A DNA stretch of 64,000 bases, taken from NCBI RefSeq assembly GCF_009914755.1, contig NC_060925.1, one strand, 5' to 3'. This DNA comes from the human T2T-CHM13v2.0 reference genome, Homo sapiens. A program made the translations under genes and the position numbers. Below are positions 30,145 to 45,000 of this stretch, piece after piece; the stretch's first letter is position 1, and each line of letters begins with the position of its first letter. The notes under the pieces were generated by a model, which saw nothing but the letters and a program-made list of their open reading frames with translations, was not told the DNA's origin and did no database searches.

Positions 30145-31925
30145 TGAACAGAATTGAATGGAATCGTCATCGAATGAATTGAATGCAATCATCGAATGGT
30201 CTCGAATGGAATCATCTTCTAATGGAAAGGAATGGAATCATCGCATAGAATCGAATGGAATTATCATCGAATGGAATCGAATGGTATCAACACCAAACGG
30301 AAAAAAACGGAATTATCGAATGGAATCGAAGAGAATCTTCGAACGGACCCGAATGGAATCATCTAATGGAATGGAATGGAATAATCCATGGACTCGAATG
30401 CAATCATCATCGAATGGAATGGAATGGAATGGAATCATCGAATGGACTCGAATGGAATAATCATTGAACGGAATCGAATGGAATCATCATCGGATGGAAA
30501 CGAATGGAATCATCATCGAATGGAAATGAAAGGAGTCATCATCTAATGGAATTGCATGGAATCATCATCAAATGGAATCGAATGGAATCAACATCAAATG
30601 GAATCAAATGGAATCATTGAACGGAATTGAATGGAATCGTCATCGAATGAATTGACTGCAATCATCGAATGGTCTCGAATGGAATCATCTTCAAATGGAA
30701 TGGAATGGAATCATCGCATAGAATCGAATGGAATTATCATCGAATGGAATCGAATGGAATCAACATCAAACGGAAAAAAACGGAATTATCGAATGGAATC
30801 GAAGAGAATCATCGAATGGACCCGAATGGAATCATCTAATGGAATGGAATGGAATAATCCATGGACTCGAATGCAATCATCATCGAATGGAATCGAATGG
30901 AATCATCGAATGGACTCGAATGGAATAATCATTGAACGGAATCGAATGGAATCATCATCGGATGGAAATGAATGGAATCATCATCGAATGGAATCGAATA
31001 GAATTATGGAATGAAATCCAGTGTGATCATCATCGAATGGACCCGAATGGAATCATCATCCAACGGAAGCTAATGGAATCAACATCGAATGAATCGAATG
31101 GAAACACCATCGAATTGAAACGAATGGAATTATCATGAAATTGAAATGGATGGACTCATCATCGAATGGATTCGAATGGAATCATCGAATAAAATTGATT
31201 GAAATCATCATCGAATGGAATCGAATGGTATCATTGAATGGAATCGAATGGAATCATCATCAGATGGAAATGAATGGAATCGTCATAGAATGGAATCGAA
31301 TGGATTCATTGAATGGAATCAGATGGAATCATCGAATGGACTGGAATGGAATCATTGAATGGACTCGAAAGGGATCATGATTGAATGGAATTGAATGGAA
31401 TCATCGAATGGTCTCGATTGGAATCATTATCAAATGGAATCGAATGGAATCACCGAATAGAATCGAATGGAACAATCATCGAATGGACTCAAATGGAATT
31501 ATCCTCAAATGGAATCGAATGGAATTATCGAATGCAATCGAATGGAATTATCGAATGCAATCGAATAGAATCATCGAAAGGACTCGAATGGAATCATCGA
31601 ATGGAATGGAATGGAACAGTCAATGAACTCGAATGGAATCATCATTGAATGGAATCGAATGGAATCATCGAGTGGAATCGAATGGAATTATGATCAAATG
31701 GAATCGAATGTAATCATCATCAAATGGAATCAAAAATAACCATCATCAATTGGTATTGAATGGAATTGTCATCAAATGGAATTCAAAGGAATCATCATCA
31801 AATGGAACCGAATGGAATCCTCATTGAATGGAAATGAAAGGGGTCATCATCTAATGGAATCGCATGGAATCATCATCAAATGGAATCGAATGGAATCATC
31901 ATCAAATGGAATCTAATGGAATCAT
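30145..31925 (+). repeat. Variant unit, 1781 bp (+1 GGAAT near 30416-30435)
   Basis: Spacing 30158 to 31939 = 1781; sequence reads cgaatggaatggaatggaatggaatcatcg. Confidence 0.9.
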
Positions 31926-34900
31926 TGAACAGAATTGAATGGAATCGTCATCGAATGAATTGAATGCAATCATCGAATGGTCTCGAATGGAATCATCTTC
32001 TAATGGAAAGGAATGGAATCATCGCATAGAATCGAATGGAATTATCATCGAATGGAATCGAATGGTATCAACACCAAACGGAAAAAAACGGAATTATCGA
32101 ATGGAATCGAAGAGAATCTTCGAACGGACCCGAATGGAATCATCTAATGGAATGGAATGGAATAATCCATGGACTCGAATGCAATCATCATCGAATGGAA
32201 TGGAATGGAATCATCGAATGGACTCGAATGGAATAATCATTGAACGGAATCGAATGGAATCATCATCGGATGGAAACGAATGGAATCATCATCGAATGGA
32301 AATGAAAGGAGTCATCATCTAATGGAATTGCATGGAATCATCATAAAATGGAATCGAATGGAATCAACATCAAATGGAATCAAATGGAATCATTGAACGG
32401 AATTGAATGGAATCGTCATCGAATGAATTGACTGCAATCATCGAATGGTCTCGAATGGAATCATCTTCAAATGGAATGGAATGGAATCATCGCATAGAAT
32501 CAAATGGAATTATCATCGAATAGAATCGAATGCAATCAACATCAAACGGAAAAAAACAGAATTATCGTATGGAATCGAAGAGAATCATCGAATGGACCCG
32601 AATGGAATCATCTAATGGAATGGAATGGAATAATCCATGGACTCGAATGCAATCATCATCGAATGGAATCGAATGGAATCATCGAATGGACTCGAATGGA
32701 ATAATCATTGAACGGAATCGAATGGAATCATCATCGGATGGAAATGAATGGAATCATCATCGAATGGAATCGAATAGAATTATGGAATGAAATCCAGTGT
32801 GATCATCATCGAATGGACCCGAATGGAATCATCATCCAACGGAAGCTAATGGAATCAACATCGAATGAATCGAATGGAAACACCATCGAATTGAAACGAA
32901 TGGAATTATCATGAAATTGAAATGGATGGACTCATCATCGAATGGATTCGAATGGAATCATCGAATAAAATTGATTGAAATCATCATCCAATGGAATCGA
33001 ATGGTATCATTGAATGGAATCGAATGGAATCATCATCAGATGGAAATGAATGGAATCGTCATAGAATGGAATCGAGTGGATTCATTGAATGGAATCAGAT
33101 GGAATCATCGAATGGACTGGAATGGAATCATTGAATGGACTCGAAAGGGATCATGATTGAATGGAATTGAATGGAATCATCGAATGGTCTCGATTGGAAT
33201 CATTATCAAATGGAATCGAATGGAATCACCGAATAGAATCGAATGGAACAATCATCGAATGGACTCAAATGGAATTATCCTCAAATGGAATCGAATGGAA
33301 TTATCGAATGCAATCGAATGGAATTATCGAATGCAATCGAATAGAATCATCGAAAGGACTCGAATGGAATCATCGAATGGAATGGAATGGAACAGTCAAT
33401 GAACTCGAATGGAATCATCATTGAATGGAATCCAATGGAATCATCGAGTGGAATCGAATGGAATTATGATCAAATGGAATCTAATGTAATCATCATCAAA
33501 TGGAATCAAAAATAACCATCATCAATTGGTATTGAATTGAATTGTCATCAAATGGAATTCAAAGGAATCATCATCAAATGGAACCGAATGGAATCCTCAT
33601 TGAATGGAAATGAAAGGGGTCATCATCTAATGGAATCGCATGGAATCATCATCAAATGGAATCGAATGGAATCATCATCAAATGGAATCTAATGGAATCA
33701 TTGAACAGAATTGAATGGAATCGTCATCGAATGAATTGAATGCAATCATCGAATGGTCTCGAATGGAATCATCTTCTAATGGAAAGGAATGGAATCATCG
33801 CATAGAATCGAATGGAATTATCATCGAATGGAATCGAATGGTATCAACACCAAACGGAAAAAAACGGAATTATCGAATGGAATCGAAGAGAATCTTCGAA
33901 CGGACCCGAATGGAATCATCTAATGGAATGGAATGGAATAATCCATGGACTCGAATGCAATCATCATCGAATGGAATGGAATGGAATCATCGAATGGACT
34001 CGAATGGAATAATCATTGAACGGAATCGAATGGAATCATCATCGGATGGAAACGAATGGAATCATCATCGAATGGAAATGAAAGGAGTCATCATCTAATG
34101 GAATTGCATGGAATCATCATAAAATGGAATCGAATGGAATCAACATCAAATGGAATCAAATGGAATCATTGAACGGAATTGAATGGAATCGTCATCGAAT
34201 GAATTGACTGCAATCATCGAATGGTCTCGAATGGAATCATCTTCAAATGGAATGGAATGGAATCATCGCATAGAATCGAATGGAATTATCATCGAATGGA
34301 ATCGAATGGAATCAACATCAAACGGAAAAAAACGGAATTATCGAATGGAATCGAAGAGAATCATCGAATGGACCCGAATGGAATCATCTAATGGAATGGA
34401 ATGGAATAATCCATGGACTCGAATGCAATCATCATCGAATGGAATCGAATGGAATCATCGAATGGACTCGAATGGAATAATCATTGAACGGAATCGAATG
34501 GAATCATCATCGGATGGAAATGAATGGAATCATCATCGAATGGAATCGAATAGAAATATGGAATGAAATCCAGTGTGATCATCATCGAATGGACCCGAAT
34601 GGAATCATCATCCAACGGAAGCTAATGGAATCAACATCGAATGAATCGAATGGAAACACCATCGAATTGAAACGAATGGAATTATCATGAAATTGAAATG
34701 GATGGACTCATCATCAAATGGATTCGAATGGAATCATCGAATAAAATTGATTGAAATCATCATCGAATGGAATCGAATGGTATCATTGAATGGAATCGAA
34801 TGGAATCATCATCAGATGGAAATGAATGGAATCGTCATAGAATGGAATCGAATGGATTCATTGAATGGAATCAGATGGAATCATCGAATGGACTGGAATG

Positions 34901-37900
34901 GAATCATTGAATGGACTCGAAAGGGATCATTATTGAATGGAATTGAATGGAATCATCGAATGGTCTCGATTGGAATCATTATCAAATGGAATCGAATGGA
35001 ATCACCGAATAGAATCGAATGGAACAATCATCGAATGGACTCAAATGGAATTATCCTCCAATGGAATCGAATGGAATTATCGAATGCAATCGAATGGAAT
35101 TATCGAATGCAATCGAATAGAATCATCGAATGGACTCGAATGGAATCATCGAATGGAATGGAATGGAACAGTCAATGAACTCGAATGGAATCATCATTGA
35201 ATGGAATCGAATGGAATCATCGAGTGGAATCGAATGGAATTATGATCAAATGGAATCGAATGTAATCATCATCAAATGGAATCAAAAATAACCATCATCA
35301 ATTGGTATTGAATGGAATTGTCATCAAATGGAATTCAAAGGAATCATCATCAAATGGAACCGAATGGAATCCTCATTGAATGGAAATGAAAGGGGTCATC
35401 ATCTAATGGAATCGCATGGAATCATCATCAAATGGAATCGAATGGAATCATCATCAAATGGAATCTAATGGAATCATTGAACAGAATTGAATGGAATCGT
35501 CATCGAATGAATTGAATGCAATCATCGAATGGTCTCGAATGGAATCATCTTCTAATGGAAAGGAATGGAATCATCGCATAGAATCGAATGGAATTATCAT
35601 CGAATGGAATCGAATGGTATCAACACCAAACGGAAAAAAACGGAATTATCGAATGGAATCGAAGAGAATCTTCGAACGGACCCGAATGGAATCATCTAAT
35701 GGAATGGAATGGAATAATCCATGGACTCGAATGCAATCATCATCGAATGGAATCGAATGGAATCATCGAATGGACGCGAATGGAATAGTCATTGAACGGA
35801 ATCGAATGGAATCATCATCGGATGGAAACGAATGGAATCATCATCGAATGGAAATGAAAGGAGTCATCATCTAATGGAATTGCATGGAATCATCATAAAA
35901 TGGAATCGAATGGAATCAACATCAAATGGAATCAAATGGAATCATTGAACGGAATTGAATGGAATCGTCATCGAATGAATTGACTGCAATCATCGAATGG
36001 TCTCGAATGGAATCATCTTCAAATGGAATGGAATGGAATCATCGCATAGAATCGAATGGAATTATCATCGAATAGAATCGAATGGAATCAACATCAAACG
36101 GAAAAAAACAGAATTATCGTATGGAATCGAAGAGAATCATCGAATGGACCCGAATGGAATCATCTAATGGAATGGAATGGAATAATCCATGGACTCGAAT
36201 GCAATCATCATCGAATGGAATCGAATGGAATCATCGAATGGACTCGAATGGAATAATCATTGAACGGAATCGAATGGAATCATCATCGGATGGAAATGAA
36301 TGGAATCATCATCGAATGGAATCGAATAGAATTATGGAATGAAATCCAGTGTGATCATCATCGAATGGACCCGAATGGAATCATCATCCAACGGAAGCTA
36401 ATGGAATCAACATCGAATGAATCGAATGGAAACACCATCGAATTGAAACGAATGGAATTATCATGAAATTGAAATGGATGGACTCATCATCGAATGGATT
36501 CGAATGGAATCATCGAATAAAATTGATTGAAATCATCATCCAATGGAATCGAATGGTATCATTGAATGGAATCGAATGGAATCATCATCAGATGGAAATG
36601 AATGGAATCGTCATAGAATGGAATCGAGTGGATTCATTGAATGGAATCAGATGGAATCATCGAATGGACTGGAATGGAATCATTGAATGGACTCGAAAGG
36701 GATCATGATTGAATGGAATTGAATGGAATCATCGAATGGTCTCGATTGGAATCATTATCAAATGGAATCGAATGGAATCACCGAATAGAATCGAATGGAA
36801 CAATCATCGAATGGACTCAAATGGAATTATCCTCAAATGGAATCGAATGGAATTATCGAATGCAATCGAATGGAATTATCGAATGCAATCGAATAGAATC
36901 ATCGAAAGGACTCGAATGGAATCATCGAATGGAATGGAATGGAACAGTCAATGAACTCGAATGGAATCATCATTGAATGGAATCCAATGGAATCATCGAG
37001 TGGAATCGAATGGAATTATGATCAAATGGAATCTAATGTAATCATCATCAAATGGAATCAAAAATAACCATCATCAATTGGTATTGAATTGAATTGTCAT
37101 CAAATGGAATTCAAAGGAATCATCATCAAATGGAACCGAATGGAATCCTCATTGAATGGAAATGAAAGGGATCATCATCTAATGGAATCGCATGGAATCA
37201 TCATCAAATGGAATCGAATGGAATCATCATCAAATGGAATCTAATGGAATCATTGAACAGAATTGAATGGAATCGTCATCGAATGAATTGAATGCAATCA
37301 TCGAATGGTCTCGAATGGAATCATCTTCTAATGGAAAGGAATGGAATCATCGCATAGAATCGAATGGAATTATCATCGAATGGAATCGAATGGTATCAAC
37401 ACCAAACGGAAAAAAACGGAATTATCGAATGGAATCGAAGAGAATCTTCGAACGGACCCGAATGGAATCATCTAATGGAATGGAATGGAATAATCCATGG
37501 ACTCGAATGCAATCATCATCGAATGGAATGGAATGGAATCATCGAATGGACTCGAATGGAATAATCATTGAACGGAATCGAATGGAATCATCATCGGATG
37601 GAAACGAATGGAATCATCATCGAATGGAAATGAAAGGAGTCATCATCTAATGGAATTGCATGGAATCATCATCAAATGGAATCGAATGGAATCAACATCA
37701 AATGGAATCAAATGGAATCATTGAACGGAATTGAATGGAATCGTCATCGAATGAATTGACTGCAATCATCGAATGGTCTCGAATGGAATCATCTTCAAAT
37801 GGAATGGAATGGAATCATCGCATAGAATCGAATGGAATTATCATCGAATGGAATCGAATGGAATCAACATCAAACGGAAAAAAACGGAATTATCGAATGG

Positions 37901-40779
37901 AATCGAAGAGAATCATCGAATGGACCCGAATGGAATCATCTAATGGAATGGAATGGAATAATCCATGGACTCGAATGCAATCATCATCGAATGGAATCGA
38001 ATGGAATCATCGAATGGACTCGAATGGAATAATCATTGAACGGAATCGAATGGAATCATCATCGGATGGAAATGAATGGAATCATCATCGAATGGAATCG
38101 AATAGAATTATGGAATGAAATCCAGTGTGATCATCATCGAATGGACCCGAATGGAATCATCATCCAACGGAAGCTAATGGAATCAACATCGAATGAATCG
38201 AATGGAAACACCATCGAATTGAAACGAATGGAATTATCATGAAATTGAAATGGATGGACTCATCATGGAATGGGTTCGAATAGAATCATCGAATAAAATT
38301 GATTGAAATCATCATCCAATGGAATCGAATGGTATCATTGAATGGAATCGAATGGAATCATCATCAGATGGAAATGAATGGAATCGTCATAGAATGGAAT
38401 CGAATGGATTCATTGAATGGAATCAGATGGAATCATCGAATGGACTGAAATGGAATCATTGAATGGACTCGAAAGGGATCATGATTGAATGGAATTGAAT
38501 GGAATCATCGAATGGTCTCGATTGGAATCATTATCAAATGGAATCGAATGGAATCACCGAATAGAATCGAATGGAACAATCATCGAATGGACTCAAATGG
38601 AATTATCCTCCAATGGAATCGAATGGAATTATCGAATGCAATCGAATGGAATTATCGAATGCAATCGAATAGAATCATCGAATGGACTCGAATGGAATCA
38701 TCGAATGGAATGGAATGGAACAGTCAATGAACTCGAATGGAATCATCATTGAATGGAATCGAATGGAATCATCGAGTGGAATCGAATGGAATTATGATCA
38801 AATGGAATCTAATGTAATCATCATCAAATGGAATCAAAAATAACCATCATCAATTGGTATTGAATGGAATTGTCATCAAATGGAATTCAAAGGAATCATC
38901 ATCAAATGGAACCGAATGGAATCCTCATTGAATGGAAATGAAAGGGGTCATCATCTAATGGAATCGCATGGAATCATCATCAAATGGAATCGAATGGAAT
39001 CATCATCAAATGGAATCTAATGGAATCATTGAACAGAATTGAATGGAATCGTCATCGAATGAATTGAATGCAATCATCGAATGGTCTCGAATGGAATCAT
39101 CTTCTAATGGAAAGGAATGGAATCATCGCATAGAATCGAATGGAATTATCATCGAATGGAATCGAATGGTATCAACACCAAACGGAAAAAAACGGAATTA
39201 TCGAATGGAATCGAAGAGAATCTTCGAACGGACCCGAATGGAATCATCTAATGGAATGGAATGGAATAATCCATGGACTCGAATGCAATCATCATCGAAT
39301 GGAATGGAATGGAATCATCGAATGGACTCGAATGGAATAATCATTGAACGGAATCGAATGGAATCATCATCGGATGGAAACGAATGGAATCATCATCGAA
39401 TGGAAATGAAAGGAGTCATCATCTAATGGAATTGCATGGAATCATCATCAAATGGAATCGAATGGAATCAACATCAAATGGAATCAAATGGAATCATTGA
39501 ACGGAATTGAATGGAATCGTCATCGAATGAATTGACTGCAATCATCGAATGGTCTCGAATGGAATCATCTTCAAATGGAATGGAATGGAATCATCGCATA
39601 GAATCGAATGGAATTATCATCGAATGGAATCGAATGGAATCAACATCAAACGGAAAAAAACGGAATTATCGAATGGAATCAAAGAGAATCATCGAATGGA
39701 CCCGAATGGAATCATCTAATGGAATGGAATGGAATAATCCATGGACTCGAATGCAATCATCATCGAATGGAATCGAATGGAATCATCGAATGGACTCGAA
39801 TGGAATAATCATTGAACGGAATCGAATGGAATCATCATCGGATGGAAATGAATGGAATCATCATCGAATGGAATCGAATAGAATTATGGAATGAAATCCA
39901 GTGTGATCATCATCGAATGGACCCGAATGGAATCATCATCCAACGGAAGCTAATGGAATCAACATCGAATGAATCGAATGGAAACACCATCGAATTGAAA
40001 CGAATGGAATTATCATGAAATTGAAATGGATGGACTCATCATCGAATGGATTCGAATGGAATCATCGAATAAAATTGATTGAAATCATCATCAAATGGAA
40101 TCGAATGGTATCATTGAATGGAATCGAATGGAATCATCATCAGATGGAAATGAATGGAATCGTCATAGAATGGAATCGAATGGATTCATTGAATGGAATC
40201 AGATGGAATCATCGAATGGACTGGAATGGAATCATTGAATGGACTCGAAAGGGATCATTATTGAATGGAATTGAATGGAATCATCGAATGGTCTCGATTG
40301 GAATCATTATCAAATGGAATCGAATGGAATCACCGAATAGAATCGAATGGAACAATCATAGAATGGACTCAAATGGAATTATCCTCCAATGGAATCGAAT
40401 GGAATTATCGAATGCAATCGAATGGAATTATCGAATGCAATCGAATAGAATCATCGAATGGACTCGAATGGAATCATCGAATGGAATGGAATGGAACAGT
40501 CAATGAACTCGAATGGAATCATCATTGAATGGAATCGAATGGAATCATCGAGTGGAATCGAATGGAATTATGATCAAATGGAATCGAATGTAATCCTCAT
40601 CAAATGGAATCAAAAATAACCATCATCAATTGGTATTGAATGGAATTGTCATCAAATGGAATTCAAAGGAATCATCATCAAATGGAACCGAATGGAATCC
40701 TCATTGAATGGAAATGAAAGGGGTCATCATCAAATGGAATCGAATGGAATCATCATCAAATGGAATCTAATGGAATCAT

Positions 40780-42087
40780 TGAACAGAATTGAATGGAATC
40801 GTCATCGAATGAATTGAATGCAATCATCGAATGGTCTCGAATGGAATCATCTTCTAATGGAAAGGAATGGAATCATCGCATAGAATCGAACGGAATTATC
40901 ATCGAATGGAATCCAATGGTATCAACACCAAACGGAAAAAAACGGAATTATCGAATGGAATCGAAGAGAATCTTCGAACGGACCCGAATGGAATCATCTA
41001 ATGGAATGGAATGGAATAATCCATGGACTTGAATGCAATCATCATCGAATGGAATCGAATGGAATCATCGAATGGACTCGAATGGAATAATCATTGAACG
41101 GAATCGAATGGAATCATCATCGGATGGAAATGAATGGAATCATCATCGAATGGAATCGAATAGAATTATGGAATGAAATCCAGTGTGATCATCATCGAAT
41201 GGACCCGAATGGAATCATCATCCAACGGAAGCTAATGGAATCAACATCGAATGAATCGAATGGAAACACCATCGAATTGAAACGAATGGAATTATCATGA
41301 AATTGAAATGGATGGACTCATCATCGAATGGATTCGAATGGAATCATCGAATAAAATTGATTGAAATCATCATCCAATGGAATCGAATGGTATCATTGAA
41401 TGGAATCGAATGGAATCATCATCAGATGGAAATGAATGGAATCGTCATAGAATGGAATCGAATGGATTCATTGAATGGAATCAGATCGAATCATCAAATG
41501 GACTGGAATGGAAACATTGAATGGACTCGAAAGGGATCATTATTGAATGGAATTGAATGGAATCATCAAATGGTCTCGATTGGAATCATTACCAAATGGA
41601 ATCGAATGGAATCACCGAATAGAATCGAATGGAACAATCATCGAATGGACTCAAATGGAATTATCCTCCAATGGAATCGAATGGAATTATCGAATGCAAT
41701 CGAATGGAATTATCGAATGCAATCGAATAGAATCATCGAATGGACTCGAATGGAATCATCGAATGGAATGGAATGGAACAGTCAATGAACTCGAATGGAA
41801 TCATCATTGAATGGAATCGAATGGAATCATCGAGTGGAATCGAATGGAATTATGATCAAATGGAATCGAATGTAATCATCATCAAATGGAATCAAAAATA
41901 ACCATCATCAATTGGTATTGAATGGAATTGTCATCAAATGGAATTCAAAGGAATCATCATCAAATGGAACCGAATGGAATCCTCATTGAATGGAAATGAA
42001 AGGGGTCATCATCTAATGGAATCGCATGGAATCATCATCAAATGGAATCGAATGGAATCATCATCAAATGGAATCTAATGGAATCAT
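40780..42087 (+). repeat. Short 1308-bp unit lacking one 468-bp sub-repeat (A/B hybrid)
   Basis: Spacing 40793 to 42101 = 1308 = 1776-468. An A-type start runs directly into the B-type tail gaatagaattatgg at ~41158. Confidence 0.93.
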
Positions 42088-45000
42088 TGAACAGAATTGA
42101 ATGGAATCGTCATCGAATGAACTGAATGCAATCATCGAATGGTCTCGAATGGAATCATCTTCTAATGGAAAGGAATGGAATCATCGCATAGAATCGAATG
42201 GAATTATCATCGAATGGAATCGAATGGTATCAACACCAAACGGAAAAAAACGGAATTATCGAATAGATTCGAAGAGAATCTTCGAACGGACCCGAATGGA
42301 ATCATCTAATGGAATGGAATGGAATAATCCATGGACTCGAATGCAATCATCATCGAATGGAATCAAATGGAATCATCGAATGGACTCGAATGGAATAATC
42401 ATTGAACGGAATCGAATGGAATCATCATCGGATGGAAATGAATGGAATCATCATCCAATGGAAATGAAAGGAGTCATCATCTAATGGAATTGCATGGAAT
42501 CATCATAAAATGGAATCGAATGGAATCAACATCAAATGGAATCAAATGGAATCATTGAACGGAATTGAATGGAATCGTCATCGAATGTATTGACTGCAAT
42601 CATCGAATGGTCTCGAATGGAATCATCTTCAAATGGAATGGAATGGAATCATCGCATAGAATCGAATGGAATTATCATCGAATGGAATCGAATGGAATCA
42701 ACATCAAACGGAAAAAAACGGAATTATCGAATGGAATCGAAGGGAATCATCGAATGGACCCGAATGGAATCATCTAATGGAATGGAATGGAATAATCCAT
42801 GGACTCGAATGCAATCATCATCGAATGGAATCGAATGGAATCATCGAATGGACTCGAATTGAATAATCATTGAACGGAATCGAATGGAATCATCATCGGA
42901 TGGAAACGAATGGAATCATCATCGAATGGAATCGAATATAATTATGGAATGAAATCCAGTGTGATCATCATCGAATGGACCCGAATGGAATCATCATCCA
43001 ACGGAAGCTAATGGAATCAACATCGAATGAATCGAATGGAAACACCATCGAATTGAAACGAATGGAATTATCATGAAATTGAAATGGATGGACTCATCAT
43101 CGAATGGATTCGAATGGAATCATCGAATAAAATTGATTGAAATCATCATCCAATGGAATCGAATGGTATCATTGAATGGAATCGAATGGAATCATCATCA
43201 GATGGAAATGAATGGAATCGTCATAGAATGGAATCGAATGGATTCATTGAATGGAATCAGATGGAATCATCGAATGGACTGAAATGGAATCATTGAATGG
43301 ACTCGAAAGGGATCATGATTGAATGGAATTGAATGGAATCATCGAATGGTCTCGATTGGAATCATTATCAAATGGAATGGAATGGAATCACCGAATAGAA
43401 TCGAATGGAACAATCATCGAATGGACTCAAATGGAATTATCCTCCAATGGAATCGAATGGAATTATCGAATGCAATCGAATGGAATTATCGAATGCAATC
43501 GAATAGAATCATCGAATGGACTCGAATGGAATCATCGAATGGAATGGAATGGAACAGTCAATGAACTCGAATGGAATCATCATTGAATGGAATCGAATGG
43601 AATCATCGAGTGGAATCGAATGGAATTATGATCAAATGGAATCGAATGTAATCATCATCAAATGGAATCAAAAATAACCATCATCAATTGGTATTGAATG
43701 GAATTGTCATCAAATGGAATTCAAAGGAATCATCATCAAATGGAACCGAATGGAATCCTCATTGAATGGAAATGAAAGGGGTCATCATCTAATGGAATCG
43801 CATGGAATCATCATCAAATGGAATCGAATGGAATCATCATCAAATGGAATCTAATGGAATCATTGAACAGAATTGAATGGAATCGTCATCGAATGAATTG
43901 AATGCAATCATCGAATGGTCTCGAATGGAATCATCTTCTAATGGAAAGGAATGGAATCATCGCATAGAATCGAATGGAATTATCATCGAATGGAATCGAA
44001 TGGTATCAACACCAAACGGAAAAAAACGGAATTATCGAATGGAATCGAAGAGAATCTTCGAACGGACCCGAATGGAATCATCTAATGGAATGGAATGGAA
44101 TAATCCATGGACTCGAATGCAATCATCATCGAATGGAATGGAATGGAATCATCGAATGGACTCGAATGGAATAATCATTGAACGGAATCGAATGGAATCA
44201 TCATCGGATGGAAACGAATGGAATCATCATCGAATGGAAATGAAAGGAGTCATCATCTAATGGAATTGCATGGAATCATCATCAAATGGAATCGAATGGA
44301 ATCAACATCAAATGGAATCAAATGGAATCATTGAACGGAATTGAATGGAATCGTCATCGAATGAATTGACTGCAATCATCGAATGGTCTCGAATGGAATC
44401 ATCTTCAAATGGAATGGAATGGAATCATCGCATAGAATCGAATGGAATTATCATCGAATGGAATCGAATGGAATCAACATCAAACGGAAAAAAACGGAAT
44501 TATCGAATGGAATCAAAGAGAATCATCGAATGGACCCGAATGGAATCATCTAATGGAATGGAATGGAATAATCCATGGACTCGAATGCAATCATCATCGA
44601 ATGGAATCGAATGGAATCATCGAATGGACTCGAATGGAATAATCATTGAACGGAATCGAATGGAATCATCATCGGATGGAAATGAATGGAATCATCATCG
44701 AATGGAATCGAATAGAATTATGGAATGAAATCCAGTGTGATCATCATCGAATGGACCCGAATGGAATCATCATCCAACGGAAGCTAATGGAATCAACATC
44801 GAATGAATCGAATGGAAACACCATCGAATTGAAACGAATGGAATTATCATGAAATTGAAATGGATGGACTCATCATCGAATGGATTCGAATGGAATCATC
44901 GAATAAAATTGATTGAAATCATCATCAAATGGAATCGAATGGTATCATTGAATGGAATCGAATGGAATCATCATCAGATGGAAATGAATGGAATCGTCAT

